In this document: positions 21,208 to 33,088 of the stretch, piece after piece
Numbering within the stretch: the stretch's first letter is position 1
How the letters are laid out: each line of letters starts with the position of its first letter
Source of the DNA: Dudresnaya verticillata
Taxonomy: Eukaryota
Length of the DNA: 64,000 nt
Assembly (NCBI GenBank): GCA_977862235.1
Contig: OZ374561.1
Location: forward strand, 186,001-250,000
Direction: 5' to 3'
The notes under the pieces: model-generated
Database searches by the model: none
Told to the model about the DNA's origin: nothing
Seen by the model: only the letters and a program-made list of their open reading frames with translations
Position numbers and translations under genes: made by a program

Positions 21208-22180
21208 TCATTCATCAAGCCAATCGTCCAGAGAATTCGCGCGCTCCTCTACAACCGGCCTTTCTTCAGGCCCAGCGATGCAGTCTGATATGTTGAGCTC
21301 TTCACCGTTTTTCCAGAGACTCTCCAAATTGTAATTCCTGCGTTGTTCGTGGGAGAATATGTTTACCAAGAAATCCCCATCTGCACGGGCATCCATGGTA
21401 GAGGCATAGAGAATCAATCAGAGAGCGAGAAAATAATCATAGCTATCGTTAGCGCCTGCAGTCTTCAATTGCGGTCTTTCAATGTGCACGTGCGATTCAA
21501 GAGACGCAATATAAATGCGAATACATACAGTCAAGCAAGAGCCATCCAGAGTTCGCTGTTCCATCCCGCCGACGAGCATGTAACCCATGCTCCTTTTCCA
21601 GGTCGTCTTCCACAAGGTTGCCAATTGCACGAAGTTGAGGAGAATTGTTTCCAGTAACGATCACAATGAATGAGGAAATGTACGTAAGCTTGCTGATACG
21701 CAGCGCCAAAATGTCCTCTCCCTTTCGCTGGTCGGCAGCTCGCACGACGGTGCGAATGTACTCCGTGACCTCGTCCTCCTCGACTGGTGGTTGCCTGTCT
21801 GCATCACTGGTTAGAATGGTATCTGGCTTGGCCGTAATTTCACCCACAATGTCGCTTGTGCGCTTGCGGACCTTCTTTCGCTTCTCTTTGTACTTTTCAA
21901 ACTCTTCCCCGAGAGCATCGTAAATGTTAATATCCTCATCTTCGATATCTCCGTCCCCAATCTCAACAATTTCTGGTGCCCCCATGGCGTCCGTGCTGTT
22001 GATATCAGTGTCCATGGAAATATTGGCTTCGCTACTTTCGCTCTCGAGGCTCATTGCCAACACTCTTCGAGGACGATGTCGGCTGCAGGTTCGAAGTGAG
22101 CTTCCACGGCAAACATGACTTCCTGAGAAACTTCTGAAGACATTTGGGGGTTGAGAGATGAAAGCGCTCAGCGAATCCAT
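21208..22180 (-). CDS. rsfS: Iojap/ribosomal silencing factor RsfS, likely plastid-targeted; exons 22180-21529 and 21380-21208
   Basis: AADQRKGEDILALRI, FIVIVTGNN.PQL, spliced [28 protein letters not shown]. Intron 21381-21528 GTATGT...GCAG. Ser-rich transit-peptide-like N-terminus (MDSLSAFISQ). Confidence 0.9.
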
Positions 22181-22794
22181 GACTGGACAACAGAAAGAGC
22201 ACTTGCAACGTTGGGAGAAGATGAAGAGGATGTAGAGAGTTCGTACGGCGGTAGTCGCACGGGGCAGGTCGGAGCAGGGACAAACAAACGACCCGGTCTG
22301 AAAGCCTTTACGACCTCGGGCGAAACGGAGCTGGGGACGGCCGAGAACAGAAAATCTCCGAAAAATTGGAACTCTTCCAGCACCCCTCAGGGGTGCGAGT
22401 GAGATGACAGGTCTGCTCAAGCACATACTCTCAGTATGATGACGATTTCATCGAAGTTTTTTCGGCATTTTGCTCACTCTTCATCGCAGCTTTTGCCGCA
22501 TCTCTCTCACTCTACATGCTTGGAGGTGATTTCTGTACCCGCCTAAGCAACTCTTTTATCCGTAGGAAGTTTGTTTGTTCAGTGCCTATTCCTATTTAGA
22601 CAAAGTGCTCTGCCGAGCGATAATTTTGCTATTTGCATAACCTTCTGCTGGTCGGCTTCAATTTACAGAAAAGAGCAGAGATCAGACTTCTCCGCTCTCC
22701 CTTCGACCAGACTCTCGCTGTATCCTAACAATAGCTTCTGAATAGATAAGATAAACTCTCACTATCACCAACTCTTGGCACAATTCCGTGAATT

Positions 22795-25467
22795 TCAAGT
22801 CTTGCCATGACTCTCTACAGGCAGGGGAGAAAGGCTGTGGTTGAATGGAAGCCTTTCGGCTGACAAAATTGTCCCATATCGCCCCAGCACCATCCCTTCG
22901 GAATGCAAGTCACGGCAGAACATTTGCTGCTGTTGTTCGGCAACAAGCACCTCAAACATTGTCACTTGCATAGCTTCGCGGTTAAGCTGAAGAACCGTCA
23001 CAGGGCTATCGCTTCCCCGTGTTTCGAAGAGTCTCCAGTATGCCTTCCTCGCTTCTTCCATTTGCGCATAGTTATCCTGGGCTTCCAAGCAAAGTAACGC
23101 CGCAAGGTTCTTCTCAGCTTTGGGCTCAGAAGCTGCTGCTGCAATCCTGACATAGTCTAATGCCTTTGCGCTTTGGGAAACAGCTCCATTGACACCTGGC
23201 GCGTTGAATGCTCGCAGCACCCCTAGATTATTTGCTGCATGAGCTTGGTAAACAGGACCGGCACTCACCGACTCAAGAACGCATTGATATGCCACAGCTG
23301 CAGCCTTGGCATCAACAGGGATACCAGTCGCGCCTACAGTGTATAGGTAGCCCAAGAACAAACGCACTGACGGCTCTTCTCTGGCAGCATCTCTGAGAAG
23401 ACGAAGTGAATAATCCACAAGAGTCTGTGGAATCTGCCAGAACCCTCCATGGTCACAAGTGGGCGGATTAGAAAGAAGGAGCTGGACAAGATCTCTTGCT
23501 GCTGCCGTGTCGCATACTTGCACAGCTTTGCATAGCCATATGATTCCACTCTCGACGTCTCGATGAAGCCCGCATTGAACTCTTCTCTGTTCCCACTCGT
23601 TACTGACAAGCAAGACCCCATAAATAGCTGATGCTTCAAAGTTGTCTTTCTCTGCAGCATGGTGAAGCGTCTTAACCCCTCGGCTATCAAACGGGCCCAC
23701 ACCCTTATCTTGTTCACATATATCCCAGACGGGATGTAACCGCTTCATCAACCTCGCAGCTGCTTGTGAATCACCAAGGTACCGTTCTCTGGCTGCATCA
23801 CATACAATCAACCTTCTATATGTGTACAAGTCCAGACCGTCGCTGTTACCACTCACATACTTGCTCCGTGTCGCGTTGTTAATTCTGACGGCTGCATCAA
23901 TAATCTTTGCTGCCAGGGGTGGATCCCATTCCGCTACAATGGCCGCGTATGTGAGAGGATCACTATCGCTCACGTCCGGGTCAGGGTATGTAGCGCCAGG
24001 ATTGGCTGCAAAACGCAGTACAGCCGAACCCATCGCAGCCCTGATTGCAGACTGCTGGTAAGCAACGCAGTCCTTCCTTGTAGGGGACTCCGGGCTATGG
24101 TAATCTTGCGTACTCAGGCACCACTCCATCAACATATCCACCTTTTCAAAGTCAATCACAGCTCGAACCTCCAGTACGCGGCGCCTGATTTCTTCGTAGA
24201 GAATAACCCCCGAATGAATATCGTTGATGGACGGAAGCGACCGGTGGTGAAAGTTACTGTGCAGATACTGCCCGAACATGGATAGATGAATGTACAACTC
24301 GAGCAGCTGGCGAAATGTGAAGCGGCCAGATATGCGCACAGATTGCGTGACAATAATACCAGGGGCAGCATCGACGAGCTTTGAGTGTGTTGAATCCAAG
24401 CCCTCCCTGACCTCCGTAAGTGGTTCCAACATGGTTTGCAAGACACGCCGAGAGGTCTCCTCCAGCAAAGGGTCCTCCTCCCCTCTCTCGTGCTCCACGG
24501 CCTTTGCATATACAGCAGCGAGGCCCGCCCACCTCCCGCTGAGGCGAAGGTCCAGCAGACTCATTAGCCACTGGTCCATGCTGCCTGCGCCCGCCAGATG
24601 GTCCCTGGAAAGCCCCCGGACACCGGCACCGATGCGCACCTGTGGGAAAGGGAGACCGCCGCAGAACGAACGGGCAGCATCACGGGCCTCGATGACCATC
24701 TCGTCGCGCACTCCAGGGACCTGCTCGTACCATGGGAGCCAACGGCGACTCCACATGTGGTTTTCCATGCGCAGGGTAACCTCTCGAATCTGCTTTGCGT
24801 TCGGCTTGAGGTCCAGGAAGAGCAACTCGGACTCGACCTGGGTGTTCACCTCAGCTGCAGACCTACGCTCCGCCGCGGCCTGAGCCATGCGAAAGTCCTT
24901 GTAGGCAGAAAGCACGAAGGCAAGGTCCAGAAAGCGAATGAGGGTAAGGGCGACAGCTTCGTGTCGGCGCTGGCGGGTGACGACGGCGCGTACTCGGCGC
25001 ATAACGTCGCGCTCAGCAGCGGGGGTCTCGCCCTTGTGGGTGAGGCGCTGGGCCTCACCCCTGCGGAAGACAAAGTTGATGATAATGGTGACGAGATCGC
25101 TCTTGGCGCGATAGAGGGCTGCAGTGCCTCGTACTTGGCCCGAGACCTTGCAGGCGTCGATGAGGGCGCGCCATGCAACCGGGGCGTTCTCGGCAGCGTG
25201 CATCGAGGTGCGGGTCCACAGGTGGAGTTGGCGCAGGTCGTCCAGCCATGTCCCCCAGCTGTAAAAGCCGCCGGTCCACTTGAGCGGGGGCGTGTTTGCG
25301 ACAAACTGGGCGGCGGCGTCGTGCAGCCACTGCGGGACGGCGTCCGGACGGGCCGCGTCGGCTTTGCTGCGCAGGGTCTTGATCCGCTTCGGGGCGGCGG
25401 GGACGGCGTCGGTGTCCGGCGGCGGCGCGGCGGCCGCGAGGGTGGACGTGGCGGAGCGCTTCCTCAT
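22795..25467 (-). CDS. Large (~890 aa) protein with C-terminal Sel1/TPR-like repeats and an unrecognised N-terminal region
   Basis: Long ORF with normal composition. Sel1-like segments LFLGYLYTVGATGIPVDAKAAAVAY, AANNLGVL, AEKNLAALL. Start inferred at MRKRSAT; NLS-like PKRIK. Confidence 0.75.
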   Translation of the reverse strand: MRKRSATSTLAAAAPPPDTDAVPAAPKRIKTLRSKADAARPDAVPQWLHDAAAQFVANTPPLKWTGGFYSWGTWLDDLRQLHLWTRTSMHAAENAPVAWRALIDACKVSGQVRGTAALYRAKSDLVTIIINFVFRRGEAQRLTHKGETPAAERDVMRRVRAVVTRQRRHEAVALTLIRFLDLAFVLSAYKDFRMAQAAAERRSAAEVNTQVESELLFLDLKPNAKQIREVTLRMENHMWSRRWLPWYEQVPGVRDEMVIEARDAARSFCGGLPFPQVRIGAGVRGLSRDHLAGAGSMDQWLMSLLDLRLSGRWAGLAAVYAKAVEHERGEEDPLLEETSRRVLQTMLEPLTEVREGLDSTHSKLVDAAPGIIVTQSVRISGRFTFRQLLELYIHLSMFGQYLHSNFHHRSLPSINDIHSGVILYEEIRRRVLEVRAVIDFEKVDMLMEWCLSTQDYHSPESPTRKDCVAYQQSAIRAAMGSAVLRFAANPGATYPDPDVSDSDPLTYAAIVAEWDPPLAAKIIDAAVRINNATRSKYVSGNSDGLDLYTYRRLIVCDAARERYLGDSQAAARLMKRLHPVWDICEQDKGVGPFDSRGVKTLHHAAEKDNFEASAIYGVLLVSNEWEQRRVQCGLHRDVESGIIWLCKAVQVCDTAAARDLVQLLLSNPPTCDHGGFWQIPQTLVDYSLRLLRDAAREEPSVRLFLGYLYTVGATGIPVDAKAAAVAYQCVLESVSAGPVYQAHAANNLGVLRAFNAPGVNGAVSQSAKALDYVRIAAAASEPKAEKNLAALLCLEAQDNYAQMEEARKAYWRLFETRGSDSPVTVLQLNREAMQVTMFEVLVAEQQQQMFCRDLHSEGMVLGRYGTILSAERLPFNHSLSPLPVESHGKT

Positions 25468-26302
25468 GGAGGCATGGGAGGTGTGTTGTGTTGTTGCGGT
25501 TGGGGGGTTGCTGGTGGGGAGGGGGAGGGGGTGGGTGTGGAGAGGGGGAGGGGGAACGGCACTTTCCTTTTTTTTTTTTTTTTTCTTGCAGGAGGCGGTG
25601 GCGAGGGAGGAAGGAGAGCGATATGGGCTATTGGGCGAGTGCGGTGCGAGATGCGCAGGCAGGGAGCGGCGGGCGGCGCCTGGAGGCGGCGTTAGCGGCA
25701 ACAGTGGATGCAGCGCTTGGGGGCGGCCCTGCTGTCGTTGGCGGGGGCACGGGGGCAGGCGGTGCGCGGCCAATGGGCGTGCGCGGAGGGCTTTGATCGC
25801 GATGCGTCGATCGCGCTCGCGACGGAGGCTGGAGCGGTGGATCATACACGCATACATCCAATCAAACGCCGCGACGGCGGCTGCTCTACGGGGCCTCAGT
25901 TCGCGTCGCGCGGCGGCGCCGCTCCAGTCCAATCGCGCGACTCACGCCCCGCCGCCCGCCAAACAGGCCCCGTGCGTCTTCACGTGTGGCCTTGTTGGAT
26001 CCAGCCGTGCCACCTCACCTGCCTTCGACGCGCGTCCTTCCGCCGCCTCCGTTTGCTCCACCCGCAGCAATGCCTTCCGGCACCGCCCAATAGCCGCGCG
26101 TTGCGTGGTCTCCCCCGGGTGCGTATCTCCGTACGCACCGCGCTTACAGTACATTACGCTGCTTCTGCCATTGCGCTGCGCGGCGTCTCAAATTTCCATT
26201 TCGCGCTGCCCTCTCTACAGCATGCACGCGCCGCCGCTTGTACTGGCCACGGCCGACACCACCCGCGCCAACGTGTTGCCCACCGACCATGATCATTGAC
26301 CT

Positions 26303-26370
26303 CGCAACGATCCCGCAACGATCCTGCAACGATCCTGCAACGATCCGCCAGCGATCCGCCAACGATCCCG
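26303..26370. repeat. 11-bp tandem repeat (gcaacgatccY, ~6 copies) in the divergent promoter of the Sel1-like gene and MSH4
   Basis: cgcaacgatcccgcaacgatcctgcaacgatcctgcaacgatccgccagcgatccgccaacgatcc. Confidence 0.85.
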
Positions 26371-26759
26371 GCGCGACGTCTCTTCGCAGAAAGTTGCCTC
26401 CTTTGGCATCCGCCGCGCACCCGAGCCTTCGATAGCCAAACGCAACAGCGTCCCCGCATGCGTCCCAGCCCACCAGAGCAGCACCCAGCCCTCTAGACCG
26501 CAAGCCAACCGAAACCCACCTTTCGCCTCCCCCTCCAGCACGGCAAAGCCGAAACAGCCACAACTTTCGCTTCGCCCGCCGTCGCGAACCGAAACGCCCC
26601 GCCCGATGCTCCCCGCCACCCACGTCCCAGCCCGCCGGAAGGCGCGCAGTCCCACCTGAAGCCCACCAGAGCCGCGCACTGCCGCGACCCGCCCACGTCC
26701 CGCGCTTCGCAGCCCACGACATGCGCTGAGCCCCTGCCTTCCTGCACCCGGTCTCAAAA

Positions 26760-29753
26760 ATGCCGCCCACCCCGCGCCCAGCCAAGCGCGCCTTCCCGAC
26801 GCCGTCGTCGTCGCGCCGCGCCAGCCCCGCGCGCGCCATCTCGCGCCCGTCGCGCGCCCGCTCGCGCACCCGTACCCGTACCCGCACCCGCACCCGCACC
26901 CGCACCCGTACCGCTACGGCCCGCGCCGACGACGTCTTCGTCGTCGCCGTCATCGACAACCCGGCCCGTGAGGCCGCCCTCTGCGCGTACAACCTGCGCG
27001 GCTTTGACGTCGAGCTGCGCCAGTTTGTCGACTCCAATTCCTTTTCGGGGCTGCTCACGGCCCTGGCAGTGCTTGCCCCTGCAGAGATCCTGCTCTCCGT
27101 CTCCAGTGCCGGTGCTGCGCTCGACCGTGCTATTCAGGCCTCGCCGTATCTGGCTGGTGTTAAGCGTACGTTCATTGGCAGGACTTACTTTAATGAGACC
27201 TACGGCGCGCTCGCCGTTGACAACCTCAGTAACGTCAAATGCCCCAATTTGCACAACCTGGGCGAGTCCTCGTGCTACCTCGCCCTCGCCTGCTGTGGCG
27301 CCTTGATTCGTTATGTCGAGCATGTTGATGAGATCACCTTCGCCCCGTCCTCGCTGCGTATCCGCTTTCGTCCGAATGACGGCGCAGTCTTTCTGGACAT
27401 GTCAACGCTGGAGGGGCTCGAGATTGTTTCCAACGCCCGTCAAAGTGTCGGCGTGGGCGGCAAATCCTCGACTGCCTGCCTGCTGCGCGCGATGGACAAA
27501 ACAAAGACTAGACTGGGGAAAAGGTTCCTGCGCCGCTCACTCCTCGAACCGTGCGCTGATATAGTTACCATCACCACACGTCAGTCCGCCGTCGAGGAGC
27601 TTGCCAACTCTGAGGACATCTACTTTGCTCTGGTCAGCGTCCTATCTGGCTTTCCAGACTTGGAAATCGCTATCGCCTCCCTCATGGCTCGGGAAAACGC
27701 TCGCCTTCGCTCCCTTGGAGTTGCGAGTCAGGCTGCAGCTGAAGACGTTAGCTCTGAAGACGAAACCGCTTATTCGGAGGAGCAAAACCACGGTGCTGAT
27801 GCGAAGCGTCAGCGTGGTATGTTCGTCTCAACATTTCCACCGTCCATATTCCTTATCCAGAATGTCCTGATCATCAAAGCCTCTCTTCAAAAAGTTACCC
27901 CACTGCTTGAAGCCATTCAGGGATCTCGATCACCACTTTTGAAAGCGCTAGCTGTAACCATGCGAGATGGCGCTCTTGCAAATCTACTAAAAGAGATTGA
28001 TGACGTTATCGACCCTGAAGCGGTACCCGCACGCCAGTCGGAAAAGATGCGCATGCAGGGAGCGTTTGCCATTCATGCGGGGAGAAACGGTATGTTTCCA
28101 AAGTGCCTGCGACTTTTCTAGCATCGCTACTTGCATCGTTGCCGCTTCTGACCGGTTCTTGCTCTCTCGTGTTTCGACGTGAACCGCGCGCCTCCTCCTC
28201 TTGGGAACGCAGGAAAGCTTGACGTGTCTAGAAAGACGATGAGTGAAAATATCGAAGACATGCACGAGCTATTGGAAGAAATACGCAACACGTATGGGTC
28301 CCCTAAGATTCAGTTGTGCCTCCATGCAAAGAAAGGATACCATTTTGTTGTCCATGGAAAGTTCATGGAGGTCAAGGATTTTCCAGACGAGTTTGTTCAA
28401 GTTGAAGAAGGCAACAAAGTGCACCGCTTCATGACGGAAGAGCTTTGCCAACTGAACAATAGATATCAAGACTCTCTCCAGGAGATCTGGCGACTGACAG
28501 AGATCGAGCTTGGGACCTTACTGAATAGCATCTTCAAAGTTGCGGTACTGACTGCCCTTCATCGACTATGCGATAGTATCGCTATCCTCGATACTCTAGC
28601 TTCTTTTGTTACTTACGCGTCTTGCAATGATGCTCCGATGGAAAGGCCTCAGCTAACTTCCGGAGGACCAATTGCCTTGCAGCAAGCATATCATCCGATG
28701 CTTTTGCAAACCAAGCCCCATGCAGTAGTGGCAAACAACGTCTTCTTGGACGAAACCTCGGCTCTGCATATCATTTCAGGACGGAATCAATCGGGAAAGT
28801 CCACATTCATTCGTATGGTCGGACTAATATGCGCCATGGCCCATACCGGCTGTATGGTACCAGCAAAATTCGCCTCGGTACGAATTCTCCAAAGAATATC
28901 GACAAGGTTTAACACTAGGGATGACGTAACGCAAAACCAGTCGCACTTTTCGAAAGAGATGCAAGATGTAGCCACCATCGTTGATGGTATTCGCGACCTA
29001 GATGATGGCACATGGGAAACCAAAACGGGAGACGCACCACAGCAGCGTCCCGTTATGCGGTCCACATTGGTCCTTGTCGATGAACTTGGACGATCCACGT
29101 CCACACTTGACGGATTTTCAATTGCCTTCGCAGTTGCCGAGCACTTGACCAAATGCCCAGGTGTTTTGACGCTTTTCACTACACATTACCTTGGACTTGG
29201 TGCCCTTGCTGCGTCAAATCCTCTGATAGGAGCGTTTCGTCTCGAAGCGGGACTCTCTCCGAGTCTGACGCAAGGCGAGGCGGGTAACAGCCCAGAAGAG
29301 GAACGGTCAGTAAGGTTTACATACAATGTCATGAACGGTATATTGACAGACTCAAACTACGGCATCGATACAGCGAAGGCGGCAGGACTTCCCGAGCGTG
29401 TTCTGACAATGGCACGCAGCTTCAGGCCCCAGGTACCGGTCCGAAGAATCTCACACGCCTCAGATTTTGCAGCCACTCACCTCAACCACAACGAAGCACA
29501 GAAACGTCTGCTTAAACGGATAGCTTCCGTGGTGTCAGTGACGAGACGCATGTCGCTGATACAAACGTCTACTACTGATCCCGTGAAGTTGCAACGACTG
29601 TTCCTCGAGCTGCAGACCAAAGTTAAAAACTCCCAGCGCAGAAGCAAAGGTATCGGTGCACCCAGCTCCAGTGGCGAGCCGTCAGGGGTTACCGCACCAG
29701 AGACCGCCCCCGATGACCCTATGGAAGACGATTCCACGCATGTTAGGCCATAG
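26760..29753 (+). CDS. MSH4: Meiosis-specific MutS homolog MSH4; exons 26760-28089 and 28213-29753
   Basis: No mismatch-binding domain I. VVAVIDNPAREAALCAYNL, TKTRLGKRFLR, spliced HAGRNG-KLDVSRKT, Walker A GRNQSGKST, LVLVDELGRSTS, TLFTTHY, SNYGI..AKAAGLP. Intron 28090-28212 GTATGT...GCAG with CTGAC. Confidence 0.88.
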
Positions 29754-29863
29754 CGAAACCGAACTAACGAGAATCGCAAGCACAACAACAGTCTTTGCTA
29801 GTCCTCGCTTCCACGCAGTTGCCGCACATGACTGGCCCCAAAAATTCTATTCCGCAGCCTCCA

Positions 29864-30268
29864 TCATGATGAGTTTGACGCTGACGGCCCTGACCCAGCT
29901 TGAGAGTGTGGTTCTTGTGGTGGCGGTGGGGGCTGTTCCCCTCTTGCTATTGCCTCCTTTTCCAATTGCTGTTTCGCGTTATGAATCTTTGCTTGAATGT
30001 AAATACTTCCCCCTTTGGCCGGGTCGTTCGACTTGAAGAGCCTGTCGTACCGTTTGTAGACGTCCTTCAATCCCGCGTCCTTCTTGACACCGAGAATCTC
30101 CGCAGCTTCTTCCGCAGATATTCTCCCTCGAATACTACGAGCAGCACTACCTGCCGCGCCACCACCACGTGCGCTGTTGACCAAAGCTTGCTGGTATGCC
30201 TGAACAAAGGCACGCGCGACGTAACCGCCGCCCATCAGAAGTATTTGTGCGATAATACGGCCCGCCAT
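29864..30268 (-). CDS. PAM16: Mitochondrial import motor subunit Pam16/Tim16
   Basis: MAGRIIAQILLMGGGYVARAFVQAYQQA and J-like domain ISAEEAAEILGV...YDRLFKSNDPAKGGSIYIQAKIHNAK. Confidence 0.93.
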   Translation of the reverse strand: MAGRIIAQILLMGGGYVARAFVQAYQQALVNSARGGGAAGSAARSIRGRISAEEAAEILGVKKDAGLKDVYKRYDRLFKSNDPAKGGSIYIQAKIHNAKQQLEKEAIARGEQPPPPPQEPHSQAGSGPSASNSS

Positions 30269-30619
30269 ATTATGAAGCGGAGGTGTAGTACACCAAAAGG
30301 GAAAAGTTTCACGATAAGCTGAACTCTTGGAAAATCCCGTACCAGAGGCGCTAGGTGCAGAAACTAAAAAGCCTGGAAGACAAGGCAACTGTGAAAAGCG
30401 AGAAGCCTTGCAACCGTCACGTCGGTGGTGGATGTCCGTGGGGAGAGCGGCGGTGGGCAACAGGCCGACGTGCGGTGCGGCGCAAGAACTTGAGCGGTTG
30501 GCTTCCTGAAAATTAGGATATTTTAACAGAAAAACTACTCTTCTTGACGTTGCAAATTTGACAAGCGGTCCGACGGGGCGGGGAGGAAATTGAAAGGCGG
30601 CAGCGGAATCTGTGGTAGG

Positions 30620-30659
30620 CCGTAGATACAAGAACACGGCCCGTAGATACAAGAACACG
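30620..30659. repeat. 19-bp perfect direct repeat (period 21) in the PAM16/RRP36 bidirectional promoter
   Basis: ccgtagatacaagaacacg at 30620-30638 and 30641-30659. Confidence 0.9.
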
Positions 30660-30714
30660 TCCGTTCTCTGAAGAAGCTCTGGAGGGTTGTGCTGGAGCAA
30701 ACATCTCTCGCAAC

Positions 30715-31419
30715 ATGGATGACGAAGAGAACAAGTTCTGGATTGCATCTGACTCCGAGGATGAACCGACTCTGGGAGAAAGAGCCGAAGTCGCGAAGCG
30801 GGAGCGCATTGAGCAGGCCAGTCGTTCCTTCGAGGGACCGTTTCGCACGAACAGGGCACCGGAGACCGTCGCAAAGCGTACCAAGAAGGGAAGGCCGCGC
30901 GAAATATCATCCAAACGGCCAGTTCCGCAAGGACGCAGCCGCTGTCTAGGCATTGACGACGGGCTTGGGAAGGAGCGAAGCATCCGCAAAGCTTTCGACC
31001 CCCGTTTTGAGGACCATTGTGGGGAGCTGAGGGAAGACCATGTGGAGCGCAACTACTCTTTTGTGGCAGGTCTACGTGAGAAGCGGAGAAGCAAACTTTT
31101 GAACGACGTGAAAAAGAACGTTGGGAATGAGGACGCCACTTACGAGTTGCGAAGCATGGAAGAAGAGGATAATCGGCGCAAGAGATTCGAGAGGCGTAGG
31201 GACCTTCTGAAGAAGGTGCGTCAGGAGGAGAAGGAAGCTGTGAAACGCGGAAAGAAGCCATACTTTATGAAGGAAGCCCAGATACGCAAACTTGAGATGG
31301 AGGCAAAATTCAAGGAGCTAAAGGCGAAGGGTGGGGTGAAGAAATACATTGAGAAGCGACGCAGAAGGCTTGCAGGCAAAGATAGAAAGCTTCTACCTAA
31401 CAGCCGAAAAGAGGGATGA
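30715..31419 (+). CDS. RRP36: rRNA biogenesis protein RRP36
   Basis: PREISSKRPV, DPRFE...NYSF, EKEAVKRGKKPYFMK, KFKELK..G.VKKYIEKRRRR. Confidence 0.9.
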   Translation: MDDEENKFWIASDSEDEPTLGERAEVAKRERIEQASRSFEGPFRTNRAPETVAKRTKKGRPREISSKRPVPQGRSRCLGIDDGLGKERSIRKAFDPRFEDHCGELREDHVERNYSFVAGLREKRRSKLLNDVKKNVGNEDATYELRSMEEEDNRRKRFERRRDLLKKVRQEEKEAVKRGKKPYFMKEAQIRKLEMEAKFKELKAKGGVKKYIEKRRRRLAGKDRKLLPNSRKEG

Positions 31420-31776
31420 TGGCGAACGGTTAGGAATGCGTAAAGTCTACTGTGCGTACAACCACGCTGCGTACTCTGTTCACAGATCCGCAATGTTTTA
31501 CATCTTTCAGATGATGTTCTCTTCGTCCTCTATCTGAAAATCGTCTATGCTATCTTCTTCTAGGTCACCATCGCTCAAAACAGACCGTCCCACAAGCCCG
31601 TGGACCTACTGCATCCACACATCATTCAAAGAAGAGTAGCAAAATCAAAAATACAGATGTTAGCTAACCCATGAACCACAGCTTGCCATATGCGACACTT
31701 GCTTCAGACTCTTCCTATTCAGTACACGGTCGGCATGGACGACAGCACTCGCGTCACCCTATACGATTCGGATTGT

Positions 31777-32273
31777 TCAAAATTCTGTAGAGTTCATCAT
31801 GCGCACGCGGCTCAACACTGAAAACGAACAGCAACAACGTACAGGTCTGTCGCTGCCATGCAGAGACTCGCGCTTGATGCGGAATGGACTCAACTCTTGG
31901 TCACACTCTCGTATTGGCTCTTCTTCGTCTACTGTGGAAACGCGCGCCAGCGGCGGACCTTGGCGACACCAGGCCACAAGCTGCTCTACCTGTCCCTTCG
32001 AGCCACGCGCAAGCACCTCGACGGAGCCGTCTGGCATATTCTGCACATGACCCTGCAGACCTAGACGTTGTGCTTCAGTCAGCGTGGATGCACTGCGGTA
32101 GGACCAAAAACAAAGAAGCGATTCCGACGATGGTCAGCTCCCGATGTCGTCAGGGTGAAGCCAAACTCGCATGGGCTGTCACTTGCTTACCGATAGAAGA
32201 CACCCTGTACCTTTCCGCGCACGCGCAACCTCACGCGATACATGCTCTCGCTCGTCTCGGGGGTTCCGCTCAT
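31777..32273 (-). CDS. Acylphosphatase; exons 32273-32191 and 32092-31777
   Basis: Spliced [37 protein letters not shown]...WCRQGPPLARV contains both family signatures. Intron 32093-32190 GTAAGC...GCAG. Confidence 0.92.
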
Positions 32274-33088
32274 TGCTGTGGGATGCTCGGGTAGCGCACC
32301 TGACTCCGGGGTGGCACACGCTTGTCGTCAGTCAAAAAAAGGTCCTAAAGATGACGATGATGGGAATTGCACCCCGCATTCAGATCTCATCGTGCAACGA
32401 AGACCGCCATACAGTCGCAGTCGGTTTTGAGGTTGCGGCGAGCCATCTCAGGGATCAGAAGATGGTCGACGGCGATGCGCATAAGCATTTTACAATCGCT
32501 CGAGGTAGAAAGAGGTTCCGCCGCCCACATGGGATCAGCTCAACCCAGATCCACTTTCCGGCTGATCCAAAGCAAAAGGATCACGCGCCGGACCGACTGT
32601 AGGTTTTCGGTTAAAGTTGCGTGCCAATTTCCACGTGGACATCCAAGTGGATGTCGCTTCTGTAAGTCCCGCCAATGAGCACGTGATCTCGGCCAGGGGC
32701 CCTGGCGCTCTCCACGGACAGTCACGGAGGCGTCACGGTCCAGCGCCGGTGAACGAATGCGTCGTACAGTACCCCTGCGTACGATGCGTTACATGTTGGG
32801 GGGTTGGTATGAAGTCAAAGTCGAAGTCGGGTCGTGCTGTGTCATGTTTTCCACTCGTCGTTTCGATTCTTGATGTCACAGTGTACCCGAAAATGAAGGT
32901 ACCCGCCAAAGGAGACGGGCTCCGCTAACCGAAACCAGGGTGGACCCGGCGGACCGCCGCCTTCGAAACGAACTCTTCCACGTGCCCTTACACCTTCACC
33001 CCTCCAATGGAGCCTCTATACACCTCCAGCAACCGGTCGTCCCCCAACCACCAGCCCATCCTGCCCCGTTCGCGTCGACCATCCCCCG

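Noticed and set aside
29864..31261. 465-aa - strand ORF
   Set aside because: Only the last 134 codons are PAM16; the rest is promoter and antisense of RRP36
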